From assembly GCF_006345805.1 (NCBI RefSeq), contig NC_043019.1, positions 6,447,360 to 6,511,359 of the forward strand: a stretch of DNA of 64,000 nt, in the 5' to 3' direction. The notes beneath the pieces are model-generated. The model was not told the origin of the DNA, made no database searches, and saw only the letters and a list, made by a program, of their open reading frames with translations. Both the position numbers and the translations under genes were made by a program. Positions 62,640 through 64,000 of this stretch are shown piece after piece; within the stretch, counting starts at the first letter, position 1; each line of letters starts with the position of its first letter. This DNA comes from Octopus sinensis. Taxonomy: Eukaryota.

Positions 62640-63150
62640 ATTGATATCACTATCTTACCAAAAACAGGCTTGTTCGTGTGATGGCTCTCTCTTTCAAAAA
62701 ACCAGATTGTTCGTGAGAGGACTGTGTTTTTTAAAGAGCGCATTGAACAGATTTTGGAAAAATGTTAGCACGAATGTATATGCATGAGAAATAAGCATTA
62801 TGGTTGAATAATTTCATCCTTCGTTTTTCCTCGTTTGTTTTATTCACTTTTGGTATTTCCTATGAGGAAAATGGTGACGTATTTATTGTTAAAGGTTTGT
62901 GTCTTCCCTGCTCCGTGCCCTAAACAGTTCCGTTGGGATTTCATCAAAACCAGTAGCGTTTCCTGTCATTATTTCTTTTATAGCCTTGGCAACTTCTGCT
63001 TCCATAATCAGCAGTCCATGAGGTAATCGATATTAACAGATTTCATTGATTTTTACCAGATTTTATCACCGTTATCCACACTGTACAGTCGTAAAACGGT
63101 AATGCGTTGGATAATGCAATCCAAAAGACGTTTTACCTGGAGGATAAAAA
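62640..63150 (-). mobile_element. RTE-clade LINE, N-terminal RT region, decayed
   Basis: IMEAEVAKAIKK..GNATGFDEIPTELFRA and NYSTIMLISHA (compare NYRTISLISHASK). The upper boundary is approximate. Confidence 0.8.
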
Positions 63151-63634
63151 TGGTCAACGTTTAAATACCTTCGATCAGATGCATCTCAGGTCCGGTGCCA
63201 TGGTGTGGCTGAATTAGATACGCAGCGACGTGAATAAAAGACAGAGGAGATGGAGGTGGGGAGGGCGAATGAGATCGAATGGATAATTGTACTAAGACTT
63301 TTATAGTTTTTGATTATCTCCTTTGGCTTGGGAAGAAATTTGAAGGATTTTAGTCGAAGAAAGACAATACATTTTTTTCTGCGAAATGACCGACCATCCC
63401 GAAACATAACAATATCTGTTTCAGTGCACGATTTCAAATCAGGAATCTTGCAATATAATTCATGAACGTATATATATATATATATATTATATATATATAT
63501 GTATATATATATATTACGACCAACAGACGACGACCAAGAATCACTACTGTTGCTTCCATTGGAACACAAGGTAAAATCTATAATGAACTTCTCCACTACA
63601 CTCGACAAAACAGTAAGGCACGACTATGGGTCTT

Positions 63635-63870
63635 TTCTATTATACTCTTTATAATATATTTGATAAGGTTCGCCTTTTTAAGAACATGGATTCTATTGAA
63701 TGTATATAGCATGGATTCTATTGAATGTATGTAACAATTATGAACTGTTCCATTATACTGTTTATCATAAATTTTTTTGATAAGGTTCGTTATTTCAAGA
63801 ACCGAAACATGTAAAATTAAAATTTATCTAATATAGTGGCGTTTTCAAACTTCTTTTTTACAAATATATA
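63635..63870 (+). mobile_element. Tandem (~117-bp period) Penelope pLTR-like unit with hammerhead-like motifs, ending at (TA)n
   Basis: ATTATACT.TTTAT..TA.ATTT..TGATAAGGTTCG occurs at ~63640 and ~63752. The second copy continues GAACC-GAAAC-AT-GTA. Confidence 0.55.
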
Positions 63871-64000
63871 CCCACTCGTATACGATCTACTCTTATTATA
63901 AATATATATTATATATATATATATACAAAATTAAGAGGAATGATCACTAAAGTTGACACCTAATATGCTAAACATAGACGTCAAATCGCCATTACCACGA

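Overview
AT-rich, microsatellite-saturated metazoan intergenic or intronic DNA. The SINE families and repeat density suggest an octopus (coleoid) genome, but this is inference. No host protein-coding gene can be supported with confidence; nearly all long ORFs in the track are translations of simple repeats. The window is a layered deposit of mobile elements. It holds at least five tRNA-derived SINE types (labelled A, B, C, C2 and D here) and remnants of R4/Dong, L1/Tx1, CR1/L2-like, RTE and Penelope-like retroelements. It also holds Tc1/mariner derivatives, MITEs and Helitron ends, plus one 100-N scaffold gap. The strongest second-look signal is a structurally complete type I hammerhead ribozyme (minus strand, 25131-25175). 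It lies inside a ~220-nt element inserted in a (TA)n tract, and five further degenerate hammerhead-like motifs from three families also sit at microsatellites. The second signal is SINE A forming single-headed tandem multimers (184-bp unit, up to 5 copies) enclosed by one target-site duplication. A few splice-compatible exon candidates are listed at low confidence only.
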